A stretch of DNA of 64,000 nucleotides from Chiloscyllium plagiosum (Eukaryota). Shown in pieces: positions 25,546-38,963 of the stretch (its first letter is position 1; each line of letters opens with the position of its first letter). The notes under the pieces are model-generated. The model worked only from the letters and a program-made list of their open reading frames with translations, had not been told where the DNA came from and did no database searches. The DNA lies in contig NC_057752.1 of NCBI RefSeq assembly GCF_004010195.1, positions 14,162,521 through 14,226,520 on the forward strand. Direction: 5' to 3'. The position numbers were made by a program, and so were the translations under genes.

Positions 25546-26306
25546 GTTGTCTAAGTGTATGAGAGTTGGGCCTTTCAGAGGATCAGTGCCAGAGGGGATA
25601 TTGGGGTCCATTAACATGTGGTCAGGCACTGCCTGCTGCTCCCCCTCCCAAACGCAGTCCCACTAGCATTAATGAAAGTCAGCATGGCTTTCAGTAACTG
25701 AGCCAGGAATCTCTCCGGTTGGATCATTGAGCTGCAATAAGGTTTATAAGCCTTGAGACAGAGTGAGGATGGGGGAGGGTGTATGAATACAGCTCTGAGA
25801 AGGCTTTGCTGAATTAAAGCAAGTGTGCATAATGTGGCTCTGAACAGACCATGGATGTACTGAGGGGCCCATATGGTGGACAGAAGCCTCCAGAAGTTGC
25901 ACAGCCCAAGGGCAGGAAGGAAAATTGTTGTCTCATGGGCCGGAATTGAGCTCATCTCTTGAATCCTACAAATGCGCCCCCACCCCCATCCGCCTCCTAA
26001 GTATTGTAATAGTGGTTTCACTGGCCTGGACCTGCTTTCACCATTTCTTGTCTGTCCTGCCACCTGGATATGTTATATGATCTTACTGCTGACACCTGCC
26101 TTTCAGATGAGAACATGAAATTGCCTGACTGCACCATTTCAGTAAAGTGCATTATTTTCAGTCGAGCAACGGTGAATGTAGTCAGTGTGGTCCTCTGGGC
26201 AAACAAGGCAAGGGAATCCATGATGAACAGTAGCACCCTGGGAAGCACCAAGGATCTGATGTTGTCTGGCCTGGAAGCAGAGGAGATTTACCAGGATGTT
26301 ACCTGA

Positions 26307-27318
26307 TCATAGAGTCATAGAGATGTACAGTATGGAAACAGACCCTTCGGTCCAACCTGTCCATACCAACCAGATATCCTCACCTAATCGAGTCCCATTT
26401 GCCAGCACTTGGCCCATATCCCTCCAAACCCTTCCTATCCATGTACCCACCCAGATACCTTTTAAATGTTGCAATTGTACCAGCCTCCACCACTTCCTCT
26501 GGCAGCTCATTCCATACACGTACCACCCTCTGTGTGAAAAAGTTGCCCCTTAAGTCCCTTTTATGTCTTTCTCCTCTCACCCTAAACTGATGCCCTCTAG
26601 TTCTGGACTCCCCACTCCAGGGAACAGACTTTGTCTATTTATCCTATCCAAGCCCCTCATGATTTTATAAACCTCTATAAGGTCACCCCTCAGCCTCCGA
26701 CACTCCAGAGAAAAAACCTCAGCCTATTCAGCCTCTCCCTGTAGCTCAAATTCTCTAACCCTGGCAACATCCTGTAAACCTTTTCTGAACCCTTTCAAGT
26801 TTCACAACATCCTTCCAATAGGAAGGAGGCCAAAATTGCACACAATTTTCCAAAAGTGGCCTAATCAACATCCTGTACAGCTGCAACATGACCTCCCAAC
26901 TCCTCTGCTCAGTGCTCTGACCAATAATGGAAAGCATACCAAACGCCTTCTTCATTATCCTATCTACCTGCGACTCCACTTTCAAGGAACTATGAACCTG
27001 CATTCTAAAGTCCCTTTGTTCAGCAACACTCCCTAGGACCTTACCATTTAGTGCAGAAGTCCTGCTAAGATTTGCTTTCCCAAAATGCAGCACCTCGCAT
27101 TTATCTAAATTAAACTCCATTTGCCACTCTTCAGCCCATTGGCCCACCTGGTCAAGATTCCATTGTAATCTGAGGTAACCCTCTTTGCTGTCCACTACAC
27201 CTGCAATTTTGGTGTCATCTGCAAACTTACTAACTGTACCTCTTATATTCACATGCAAATCATTTACATTAATGACAAAAAGTAGTGGATCCAGAACGAT
27301 CCTTGTGGCACTCCACTT
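26307..27318 (-). mobile_element. CR1 LINE 3' portion inserted in the 36-bp minisatellite
   Basis: ORF 26755..27324 has NVNDL..KFADDTK..WQMEFN; tcatagag tail at the left end. Confidence 0.9.
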
Positions 27319-27897
27319 TGGCAAATAGGGTTAGGGAGAATCCAAAAGGTTTTTACAAATACATTAAGGGAAAAAAAGGTTAACTAGGGAGCAAAGAGGG
27401 CCCCTCAAAGATCAGCAAGGCAGCCTTTGTGTGGAGCCGCAGGAGATGGGGGAGATACTAATCGAGTATTTTGCATCAGTATTTACTGTGGAGGAGGATA
27501 TGGAAGATATCGAATGTGGGGAAATAGATGGCGACACCTTGAAATATATCCAGATTAGAGAGGAGGAAGTGCTGGATATCTTGACATGCATAAATTTGGA
27601 TAAATCCCCAGGACCTGATCAGGTGTACCCTAGAACTCTGTGGGAAGCTAGGGAAGTGATTGCTGGGCCTCTAGCTGAGATATTTGTATCATCGATAGTC
27701 ACAGGTGAGGTGCCGGAAGACTGGAGGTTGGCTAATGTGGTAACACTGTTTAAGAAGGGTGGTAAGGACAAGCCAGGGAACTATAGACCAATGAGCCTGA
27801 CTTCGGTAGTGGGCAAGTTGTTGGAGGGAATCCTGAGGGACAGGATTTACACGTATTTGGAAAGGCAAGGACTGATAGGGATAGTCAACATGGCTTT
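27319..27897 (+). mobile_element. Inverted upstream CR1 ORF2 segment
   Basis: EYFASVFT..KSPGPDQVYPRTL..GEVPEDWR..GNYRPMSLTS, ending at caacatggcttt. Confidence 0.9.
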
Positions 27898-28256
27898 CTG
27901 CAGCAGAGGAGATTTACCAGGATGTTGCCTGGTCTGGAGCAGAGGGGGATTTACCAGGATATTGCCTGATCTGGAGCAGGGGAGATTTACCAGGATGATG
28001 TCTGGTCTGGGGCAGGGGAGATTTACCAGGATGTTGTCTGGTCCAGAGCAGGGAGATTTACCAGGATGTTGCCTTGTCTGGAGCAGGGGAGATTTGCCAG
28101 GATGTTGTCGAGTCTGGAGCAGAGGAGATTTACCAGGATGTTGTCCAGTCTGGAGCAGGGGAGATTTACCAGGATGTTGTCTGCTCTGGAGAATATGAGA
28201 TTTACCAGGATGTTGTCTGGTCTGGAGCAGAGGAGATTTACCAGGATGTTGCCTGG
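27898..28256 (+). repeat. 36-bp minisatellite, about 10 copies
   Basis: Unit ggagcaggggagatttaccaggatgttgtctggtct. Confidence 0.9.
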
Positions 28257-29508
28257 TCATAGAGCCATAGAGAAGTACAGCACAGAAACAAGATCCTTCA
28301 GTCCAACCTGTCCATGCCAACCAGATATCCTAACTTAATCTAGTCCCATTTGCCAGCACTTGGCCCATATCCCTCTAACTCCTTCCTATTCATGTACACA
28401 TCCAGATGCCTTTTAAATGCTGTAATTGTATCAGCCTCCACCACTTCCTCAGGCAGCTCATTCCATACACGCACCACCCTCTGTGTGAAAAAGTTGTTCC
28501 TTAGGCCCCTTTTATATCTTTTCTCTCTCACTGTAAATCTATGGCCTCTAGCTCTGGACTCCCCCACCTCAGGGAAAGATCTTCTCTATTCACCCTATTC
28601 ATGCCCCTCATGATTTCATAAACCTCTATATGGTCATCCCTCAGCCTCCGACGCTCCAGGGAAACAGTCCCAGCCTGTCCAGCCTCTCCCTATAGCTCCA
28701 ATCCTCCAACCCTGGCAACAGCCTTGTAATTCTTTTCTGATCCTTTTCAACTTTCACAACATTCTTCTGACAGGAAGGAGACTGGGATTGCGTGCAATAT
28801 TCCAAAAGTGGCCTAATCAATGTCCTGTACAGCTGAAACATGACTTCCCTACTTCTTAACTCAATGGTCTGTCCCATAAAGGAAAGCATACCAAATGCCT
28901 TTTTCGTTATCCTATCTACCTGTGACTCCACTTTCAAGGAGCTATGAATCTGCACTCCAAGGTCTCTTTGTTCAGCAACACTCCCTCGGACCTTACCATT
29001 AAGTGTATAAGTCCTGCTCTGATTTTCTTTTCCAAAATGCAGCACCTCACATTTATCTAAATTAAACTCCATCTGCCACTCCTCAGCCTTTTGGCCCATC
29101 TGATCAAGATCCCATTGTAATCTGAGTTAAACTCCTTCGCTGTCCACTACACCTCCAATTTTGGTGTCAACTGCAAACTTACTAATTATACCTCGTATGT
29201 TCATATCCAAATCAGCACCCAGCACCGTTCCTTATGGCACTCCACTGGTCACAGGCCTCCAGTCTGAAAAACAACCCACCACCACCACCCTTTTTCTTCG
29301 ACCTTCGAGCCAGATCTGCATCCATTTGGCTAGTTCTCCCTGTACTCCATGAGATCTAACCTTGCTAACCAGTCTCCCATGGGGAACCTTGTCGAACGCC
29401 ATAGTGAAGTCCATATAGATCGCACCTACTGCTCTGCCCTCATCAATCTTCTTTGTTACTTCTTCAAATAACTCAATCAAATTTGGAAGACAGGATTTCC
29501 CATGCACA
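28257..29508 (-). mobile_element. CR1 LINE 3' portion inserted in the 36-bp minisatellite
   Basis: ORFs 29232..29507 (YMDFTMAFDKVPH), 28641..29099 and 28340..28567. Confidence 0.9.
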
Positions 29509-29812
29509 GTCTAGAGCAGAGGAGATTTACCAGGATGTTTGTCCAGTCTGGAGCAGGGGAGATTTACTAGGATGTTGCCTGGTCTGGAGCAGAGGAGGTT
29601 TCCCAGGATATTTGTCTAGTCTGTAGCAGAGGAGATTTACCAGGATGTTTTTTCTGGTCTGGAGCAGAGGAGATTGACCTGGATGTTGTCTGGTCTGAAG
29701 CAGAGGAGATGTACCAGGATGTTGCCTGGTCTGGGGCAGGGGAGATTTATCAGGATTTTGTCTGGTCTGGAGCAGAGGGGATTTACCAGGATGTTTATCT
29801 AGTCTGGAGCAG
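29509..29812 (+). repeat. 36-bp minisatellite, about 8 more copies
   Basis: Same unit and same orientation as 27898-28256. Confidence 0.9.
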
Positions 29813-29820
29813 AAGGCATT

Positions 29821-30447
29821 TAGAGTCATAGAGTTATAGAGATGTAGAGCACGGAAACAGACCCTTCGGTCCAACCTGTCCATGCCGACCAGCTATCCCA
29901 ACACAATCTCGTCCTACCTGTCAGCACCCGGCCCATATCCCTCCAAACCCTTCCTATTCATATACCCATCCAGATGCCTTTTAAATGTTGTAATTGTACC
30001 AGCCTCCACCACTTCCTCTGGCAGCTCATTCCATACACGCACCACCCTCTGAGTGAAAAGGTTCCCCCTGAGGTCTCTTTTATATCTTTCCCCTCTCACC
30101 CTAAACCTATGCCCTCTAGTTCTGAATTCCCCACCCCAGGGAAAAGACTTTGCCTATTTATCCAATCCATAACCCTCATGATTTTATAAACCTCTATAAG
30201 GTCACCCCTCAGCCTCCGACGCTTCAGGGAAAACAGCCCCAGCCTATTCAACCTCTCCCCATAGCTCAAATCCTCCAACCCTGGCAACATCCTTGTAAAT
30301 CTTTTCTGAACCCTTTCAAGTTTCACAACATCTTTCCGATAGGAAGGAGACCAGAATTGCACACAATATTCCAACAGTGGCCTAACCAATGTCCTGTACA
30401 GCTGCAACATGGCCTCCCAACTCCTATACTCGATGCACTGACCAACA
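29821..30447 (-). mobile_element. 5'-truncated CR1 LINE
   Basis: ORF 30096..30572 [26 protein letters not shown]. Confidence 0.9.
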
Positions 30448-30689
30448 AAACTGACATTACCACTCTGCCACCAGACGTAAATAAAATGATGGGATACCAT
30501 TCTTGTGCATTTTGGCCAAATCGTAATCTTGGTACAGGTACAATTGCTGCCCCAGTCAATGCATGAGGCCATAGCAACACCACACAGAACTGGCCCCTAC
30601 CCAGTCAGGCTGCTTCTATTGTTCCAACTCTAAAAAAAAAACCAAGGCCTCACACACTGTTTACTTCATTGGAGACAAATGGAATGTTG

Positions 30690-31340
30690 GTCTTTATTTC
30701 CAATGGAATGGAGTATAAAAGTCGGGAGGTTTCTGCTTAAAAAAATACAAGGCACTATTCAGACCACAGCGGGAATACTGTGAACAGGTTTGGGTCCCTT
30801 GATCTGAGGAAAGACAGTCTGACATTGGAGGCAGCCCAGAGAAGGTCCACTCGGCTGATCCCGGGTATGGAGGGACTGTCCCATGAGGAGAGGTTGAGGA
30901 GGTTGGGCCTGGACTCATTGGGGTTTAGAAGAATGAGAGGTGACCTTATTGAAACATCCAAGATTCCCTGGGGGACTTGACAGGGGGGATGTGGAGAGGT
31001 TGTTTCCCCTTGTGGGAGAGTCTAGGACCAGAGGGTACAATCTCAGAATAAGGGGTCACCCGCTAAAGACAGTGATGAGGAGGAATTTCCTCTCTCAGAG
31101 GGGAGTGAGTCTGTGGAATTCTTTACAACAGAGGGCTGTCGGGGCTGGGTCAGTGAGTATATTCAAGGCTGAGACAGAGAGATGTTTAATCAGGAAGGGG
31201 AATGGAGGGGTGATGGGGAAAAGGCAATAAAGTGGAGTTGGGGATTATCAGAACAGCCACAGGATTATCCCATTGTATGACAGAGAAGATTCGATGGGCT
31301 GAATAGACTACTTCTGCACCTCTGTCCTATGGTCTTATGT
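30690..31340 (+). mobile_element. CR1-type LINE 3' fragment (different subfamily)
   Basis: LEAAQRRSTRLIPGMEGLSHEERL..MRGDLIE; ..FLSQRGVSLWNSL. Confidence 0.8.
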
Positions 31341-32104
31341 ACAATCACTGTGCCCTGGTATGTTTGCCAATGTGCCAGTATATTAGGCTGGAAACAAAAA
31401 TTTGTCTTCTCTGAGCAAAGACATCTTGAACACTTTGAAGACTGCTTTGCCAATGATCTACCTGGTTGCAATCTCTAAAATTCGAAAGATGAATTTAGAC
31501 ACCACCAACCAGTTGGACTCATTGAGTACTAACCTCTTTTGCACAGCCTCAATGGAAAACAGCATTGTGAGGACAGGTACACGGAGAAGTCAGTCCCCGA
31601 GCACTCTGCGTGCTACAATGTAGTCTGCATGGCTAGCTGTGCTTTTATGAAATGGAGGATGATTCAGACTAGGAGGTCAGGTCAGCTTGAGGCAGCAGTT
31701 GGTCAGGAAGGAGCATATCTAAGGGTTTTTCATTTTATTTCCCATTTTATTTCCCATTTTATTTATGTGCCAGTCAGGAATGAGTAATTGTTGCAGTTCC
31801 TCCAGGCTGGTTCTCTAGTTGGGCCCTCAATGCGTTGATCCAGAAAGCCACCTCACGTACACTCAGGAGTCCCAGAGTTTTGTGGAATCTGAACAAAATG
31901 CTAACCACTCACTGTCTCAAGAAGCTGTTCCTCATGTTGCCAGGGCGTGGATCAGATTCTTTCTCACTGTCGTGCAAACTCGTGAAATGTTCCCAAAGTC
32001 AGCACGTTTCGTTCTGTAAAATGCCCAGTCATACCCTGAGAGGATGAATGGTCTCAGAAGTTTGGGCAATAGGTGAAGCGAGTGACTTCACACTGTACCA
32101 ATGA

Positions 32105-32860
32105 AACAAGTGGTGTTCAGGTCCGAGGGAGTGTTGCTGAACAAAGAGACCTTGGAGTGGAGGTTCATAGCTCCTTGAAAGTGGAGTCGCAGGTAGATAG
32201 GATAGTGAAGAAGGCATTTGGTATGCTTTCCTTTATTGGTCAGAGTATTGAGTACAGGAGTTGGGAGGTCACGTTGTGGCTGTACAGGACATTGGTTAGG
32301 CCACTGTTGGAATATTGCGTGCAATTCTGGTCTCCTTCCTATCGGAAAGATGTTGTGAAACTTGAAAGGGTTCAGAAAAGATTTACAAGGATGTTGCCAG
32401 GGTTGGAGAATTTGAGCTTTTGGGAGAGGCTAAATAGGCTGGAGCTGTTTTCCCTGGAGTGTCAGAGGCTGAGGGGTGACCTTATAGAGGTTTACAAAAT
32501 CACGAGGTGCATGGATAGGCTAAATAGGCAGTCTTTTCCCTGGGCTTGGGGAGTCCAGAACTAGAGGGCATAGGTTTAGGGTGAGAGGGGAAAGATATAA
32601 AAGAGACCTCAGGGGCAACCTTTTCACACAGAGGGTGGTACGTGTATGGAATGAGCTGCCAGAGGAAGTGGTGGAGGCTGGTACAATTACAGAATTCAAA
32701 AGGCATCTGGATAGGTATGAGAATAGGAAGGATTTGGAAGGCTATGGGCCGGGTGCTGGCATGTGGGACTAGATTGGGTTGGGATATCTAGTCGGCACGG
32801 ACGGGTTGAACTGAAGGGTCTATTTCCATGCTGTACATCTCTATGACTCTACGACTCTAA
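32105..32860 (+). mobile_element. 5'-truncated CR1 LINE
   Basis: ORFs 32073..32564 and 32581..32772; ctatgactct tail. Confidence 0.9.
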
Positions 32861-35579
32861 GAGAATGCTGTCAGCAAGCCAAAAAGATCTTCGGCCAATC
32901 ACACAATGTCCAAAATCAGATGTGATTCCACAATTGAACAGCACTTGCAAAATAATCTTGAGTGTGTGTATGATTCAGAATTGATAGTCGGGCTCATAGT
33001 GTGACATATTTGTCTGTGGAGGCTACAATTCTTCATGCAGAGCCCTGTTCTTTGTAAAACAGAAAGAACGTGGACATTCACTGTGCCTATTTCAACTCAA
33101 CACTTTGGTGACAGCCATTCTCTGGGCAATAAATTGACCCCTACAGTAAACCTGCCTGGTGTAAAATTTAAACAAAGCTTGGCAGTTGAATGTCAGTCAT
33201 CATTAACAAGCCCAATCTCCATGGCAGTATCTCTACCAATCAGAGTCTCCTTAGCAACCAGCCAGCATGCTTCTCTCATACAACATATGCATTGGTTCCC
33301 TTTAGCATTGGTGTTCTTGCATGCAAGATGAATGACTTCGACAAAATTGAAGCCTATCTTCAGCAAAATTCAAGTTGTGCACAATTGACCAAATATCTAT
33401 GAACCATCTCTTCAAATCCTGATCCCCTCCCCCCTTCACTCTTACCTGCAACAACTACCAGGGTTTGCTCGGACACCTTCATCATTGAGACACGACTATC
33501 AACGTTTAGGTCTCAGCACGTTTGGCATTAACTGGCAAGCGTGTGACCATCATCCTTTTTGACATGTTTCGTGGCTACTGGCCTGGGATTGGCTGGTGAG
33601 AGGGGCACTGAGTTTGATGTTAGTCACACATGGACCATATTTATTTCCGAACACAAATGAGCTAAAGCACTGAGCGTCTCACTGCATCGTCAGAATCAAT
33701 CAAACAACGCACCATTTATCTTCTCTCTGAGACAGCCTGTTCAGTTGGAGTTAATTAATTGTAATTTGGTGCTGTCTACTGCAATCACTGAGAGTAAAGT
33801 TTGCGCAGAGATGGTGTTCCTATGTAATTCCTCTTAGCATTAACCAAGTGGTGAGCATTCTTACTTTGGAACTGATAGATTGTATTGATGTTGTCCAAAG
33901 GTATAGAAAGAGGGAGCCAAAAAGGTTTTGGTGACAAGGTTGGAACACACCAATTTTCTACAGTAACTGATCTGTCATTCTCCTCATTCCTGGGCACGCA
34001 TGATTGGCTGTGTGGGAAACTGGGCTTGGTGCTCTGTGCCAAGCTGCCATTACGTCCCCAGTGAGGCATGCACCATAGGAGGCCGCTGGTAGAAGCGAAG
34101 TTCTTTAAGTGTTTCCATATCACAGACCAGAGGGAAACAGATGTTTGAATGTGCGAATCTGTGCAAATCTGGCACTTGTAACAGCCCGAAATGTATTCCT
34201 TATCCCTCACTTCAGCTGAAAATGCGACGCAAATAACACAATGTATACTTGAGTCAGAAAAATACAGCAATGCGACCATGGAAGCGACTTTTAAAGGGGT
34301 CAATCCATTACCCCCTTTCTATCGAATTTTTATATGCCTCAAAGTTGCAAAGGCATGCCATCAAAATAGGGTTGAATTCTTATTCAAATGAGCTTCTGAG
34401 GTAAGCTGTTATGTCAGTCGTCATGTGCTAGGGCTCTGCTGGAAGGTCGGAGCATGTACAGTTTAGAGTGAGCTGCTCTCTCACTCGAGAGTCAACTGGT
34501 GGGGCTTTAACCTGAGGGTCACCACACCTCAGGAGAAGGGAGAGCATGAGAAGGAGAGTCCTTCATGTTAATATCAGCTGGCATGGGAACTGAATGCACT
34601 CTTTTGGTAGCACGCTGCAGCGTAAGGCAGCCAGCTGAGCTAACCAGCTATCCTCAGGTGCCAACCTGTACACACATATTTATAACCCCAAAATCTGGCC
34701 TGCTCTTGTCTGATGAGCTGAAGAGTATGAGTTGGTTGCTTCTGATTCAGAAAGAGGCATGGATTGACCTCCCCCCAAATTTGTGACAGATTCTGTGTTA
34801 CATGACATTACATGACTGAGAGACAGTGACACTAAGGGAAAGTGTTACAGCTTCTGAACAAGCTATTAAACTTGGTGTCCAAGCCAATTTTGTTCCCTAG
34901 GCCAACATCACACAAAAATGAATGCTCTGTCAGTGGCATCAACAAACTGGGATTCCGACATCTTCAAAACGACGGCCCAAGTTTCCAATGCATTCGTAGC
35001 AATTGAGTGGTGAAGTGATTCATCGTTTGCATGAAGCTCTGAGATCCCTCAGGTGATCCATGACTCTATCTTTCTACAAATCCTGGCATTATATGGATTA
35101 AAGAAAATCCAATTCTTTTAAGTCCTGTACCAGAGTTATCCAGCAATGACATTCCTGCTTCCCAGAACTGTAGCATGGGACCGTGCGTTTTATAAATAGA
35201 GATCTGGGGTATAAAAGCAAAAGAGTCACACAGATGGTTCTTAACAACTGGTTCAGCCTCAACTGGCAATGTGATGTACACTTATTGTCCAACCCTAACT
35301 GGTCTTTGAACTAAGCATCAATGTAACAACAGTGTTGTGGATCCAGAGTCACATGCAGGGTAGCCTAGCATTGAACCAACAATTGACAGTAGTTTTGCTG
35401 TAGTTAAACAGAGGAGCAGGACTCATTGATTAGCTCTTTGAAAGAGCCAACACAGACATGATGGGCCAAATGGCTTCTTTCTGTGCTCCATGATTCTTAG
35501 ATCCTAATTTAACTAACATTTATTTATAAAACCCACGGTCCCAGGCTACTTAGGGGCTCTTGTTGCACAGTGGTAGTGT

Positions 35580-37161
35580 CATAGTCAGACAGTCATAGAG
35601 TCATACAGCACGGAAACAGACCCTTCAGTCCAAGCTGACCAGATTCCTAAATTAATCTAGTTCCATTTGCCAGCACTTGACCCATATCCCTCTAAACCCT
35701 TCCTATTCGTATACCCATCCAGCTGCCTTTTAAATGTTGAAGCCTCCTCTTGCAGCTCATTCCATACATCCACCACCCACTGCATGAAAAAATTGCCCAT
35801 CAGGTACCTTTTAAATCGTTTCGCTCTCACCTTAAGCCTATGCCCTCTAGTTTTGGAATCCCCTACCCTGAGGTAAAGGCCTTGTCTATTTATCCTATCC
35901 ATGCCCCTCTTGATTTTATAAACCTCCATAAGGTCACCCCTCAGCCTCTGATGCTCCAGGGATAACAGCCCCAGCCTGTTTAAGCCTCTCCACCCATCCA
36001 GCTGCCTTTTAAATGTTGAAGCCTCCTCTTGCAGCTCATTCCATACATTCACCACCCTCTGCATGAAAAAATTGCCCCTCAGGTACCTTTTAAATCGTTT
36101 CGCTCTCACCTTAAGCTTATGCCCACTAGTTTTGGAATCCCCTACCCTGAGGTAAAGGCCTTGTCTATTTACCCTATCCATGCCCCTCTTGATTTTATAA
36201 ACCTCCATAAGGTCACCCCTCAGCCTCTGATGCTCCAGGGATAACAGCCCCAGCCTGTTTAAGCCTCTCCCTCTCTCTCAAACCCTCCAGTCCTGGCAAT
36301 ATCCTCGTAAATATTTTCTGCACCCTTTCAAGTTTCACAACATCGTTCCGAGAGCAGAGAGACCAGAATCAAATGTAGGATTCCAAAGTGATGTCCTATA
36401 CAGCTACAACATGACCTCCCAACTTCTATAGTCAATGCGGTGACCAATAAAGGTAAGTGTACCAAACGCCTTCTTCACTACCCTGTCTACTTGTGACTCC
36501 ACCTTCAAGGAACTATGAACCTGACCTCCAAGTTCTCTTTGTTTGTCAACACACCCCAGGACCTGACCGTTAAGTGTTAAAGACCGGCCTTGATTTGCTT
36601 TTCCAAAATATAACACCTCGCATTTATTAGATTAAACTTCATCTGTCACTCCTCAGCCCATTGGCCCATCTGATCAAGGCCCTGTTTGTACTCTGAAATA
36701 AGCTTCTTCAGTGTTCACTACACATCCAGTTTTGGTGTCAACTGCAAATTTATTAACCATTCCTCTTATATTCGCATCTAAATCATTTATATAAATTACA
36801 AAAAACAGTGGATCCAGCAGTGAACCTTGTGGCGCACCACTGGTCACAGGCCTCCAGTCTGAAAAACAACCCTCCACCCTCTGTCTCCAATTGTCAAGTC
36901 AATTTTGTATCCAAATGGCTAGCTCTCCCTGTATTCCACGAGATCTAACCTTGCTATCCAGTCTACCATGCGGAACCTTATTGAATGCTTTACTGAAGTC
37001 CATCTAGATCAAGTCCACAGCTCTTCTCTCATCAATCCTCTTTGTCACTTCTTCAAGAAACTCAATCAAGTTCATGAGATATGATTTCCCCCACACAAAG
37101 CCGTGCTGACTATTCCTAATCGGTCCTTGCTGTTCCAAATACATGTAAATCCTATCCCTCA
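35580..37161 (-). mobile_element. CR1 LINE with an internal 279-bp tandem duplication
   Basis: RT motifs (YINDL, KFAVDTK); ORF 35657..36208 repeats MEVYKIKRGMDR..WNELQEEASTFKRQLDG twice. Confidence 0.9.
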
Positions 37162-37620
37162 TGTTATGGACCAGGCCAGACCTCGATAAAGCATTTCAAG
37201 AAAGTAGCCCAGACCCTAACTTTTCTAGTTGCTTTAAGCAGGTGTAGAGTGGATCTTCCAGGAGGGATACAGTGGGCCCAACCACTCAGTTTGAAACAAA
37301 ACAGAATTTATTTGCAAGATTACTGAATGAAACACAAACAGGAGAACAGAATATAGAATAACGTAACTATTTAAAAGCCCAGCAGACTATTCCACCTGAA
37401 TGATGCTGTTCCAAATACTTGCAACAATCTCCAGAACCTCCCCTTGGCACAAAAGGTAAAATCAAACACTGGGTCAGAGGGATGTCAGGCAGAGAGATGG
37501 CAGTGGGATTCAGCATGAAAACCCTTCTTCCATGTAGCTGTTTCTTTGACCAGCAGCCTCCAACTGACTGATTGCTTGCTCTGAGCAGCCAGACTGCAGA
37601 ATCCCCTCCAACAACGTACC
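37162..37620. mobile_element. Partial LTR of the family at 38127 and 51742
   Basis: Starts tgttatggaccaggccagacc..ccctaactttt like the other two copies; right boundary unclear. Confidence 0.5.
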
Positions 37621-38126
37621 TGCCAATTGATGTCAGGCTCACTGGTTGTGCCTTATCCTCTCGGTAAGAATACTCCAGGTTCAAGCCTCACTTGTTCCAG
37701 ATGTGTATTGTAATATCTCTGAGCAGGTTGATTCAAAGTGTCCATGGCTAGGTCCCAACACAGTGATAAATGTGGGTGGAACTTCCAGCCCATGGAATTT
37801 CGACACTAGCGCACTTCTGCCAGCCTTTTCCATGATCTTTCACCCTGGGTTCAAAGTTCCACTCCTTGGCTCAGGCTCCACAACCATTGATAGTGTCGCG
37901 CTTGTCTGAAATGTGGCATTCTTGCGTTCGTCCTGATGAGCACAAAGACCGCAAATCTCCAGCGAGATTTAGCTCCTTTCAGGGGGGTTCAAGCTTCGAG
38001 AACAGGGCCCGCCCAGTTCAGGACCTGGACGTTGAAGGAAGTGACTGCACGTTTGCGAAATCTCACTGAAACACTGGTGAGCTGGGAGTGGCTATCACCG
38101 TGGGAAGAGACTGATGGGCCAAATGG

Positions 38127-38926
38127 TGTTATAGACTAGACCAGACCACCTCAAAATACTTCAAGAAGGTAACCTAAACCCTAACTTTTTCTTATTTTAA
38201 AGGCAAATATAAAATGTCTGCCCTGGATGCGATGTTACTGGTCAAACTACTCAATGATAAACCAAACACAATGTATTTAAACACTATAGTTAAAATACAA
38301 CCAAAGAAAGAGGAATTTTAGATGAGCTTAACTCTATTGGAAAACTTAACAGAATACAGTAACTATTACTAATTAACTGTTCGAATATAGTAACATCCCA
38401 CATTAATAACGTTATTTACACTTGATGTGTTGTGCAGCTACATTGACACAACAGTGTAAGCACGACTCTTGTATGGCAGTAGTGTAGGAGGAAAAAGTTA
38501 TAAACAGGGGTTTCAGAACCTCCTCAGTTAAATCAAAATATAACCAGGAGATTTAGATTCTCCTCTGTAAAAAAATAGTAACATCTCATAGACACACCCC
38601 TTGGCATAAAGGTAAATTCAGACACAAATTCTTCCACGCCATCCAGGAGGAAAAAAAACACCAAGAGAAAATTCAGAAAGTGTTGGAGCCTGGAGACCTT
38701 CACTGAAACTTCCAATTTGGTTGAGACCCCAATAGCTTCTTATGCTACTCAGAAATTCTGATCTGTGAGAGCTAATTCCCATAGCACCCATTCAAACTGC
38801 ATTTTAAAAAGCCCAAGCTGTTTATTCAAGTGGCCTTCACTGGCTGGCTGGATACCTCTGCCTTACAATCACTCTTCAAAAAAAAAACAGGACAAAATAA
38901 CCTCTTCAAGTGACAGCATTGTCACG
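38127..38926. mobile_element. Probable solo LTR with an internal insertion
   Basis: tgttatagactagacc...attgtcacg termini; imperfect 4-bp flanks atgg/gtgg; homologous to 51742-52354. Confidence 0.55.
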
Positions 38927-38963
38927 GTGGTCATGGAAAGGGGTGCTGATGGGTTCCCTCCTT

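Noticed and set aside
27431..28338. ORFs encoding GDLPGCCLVWSR / RFTRMLSGLEQG repeat proteins
   Set aside because: They are a by-product of a stop-free 36-bp minisatellite next to a CR1 fragment; nothing supports a gene.
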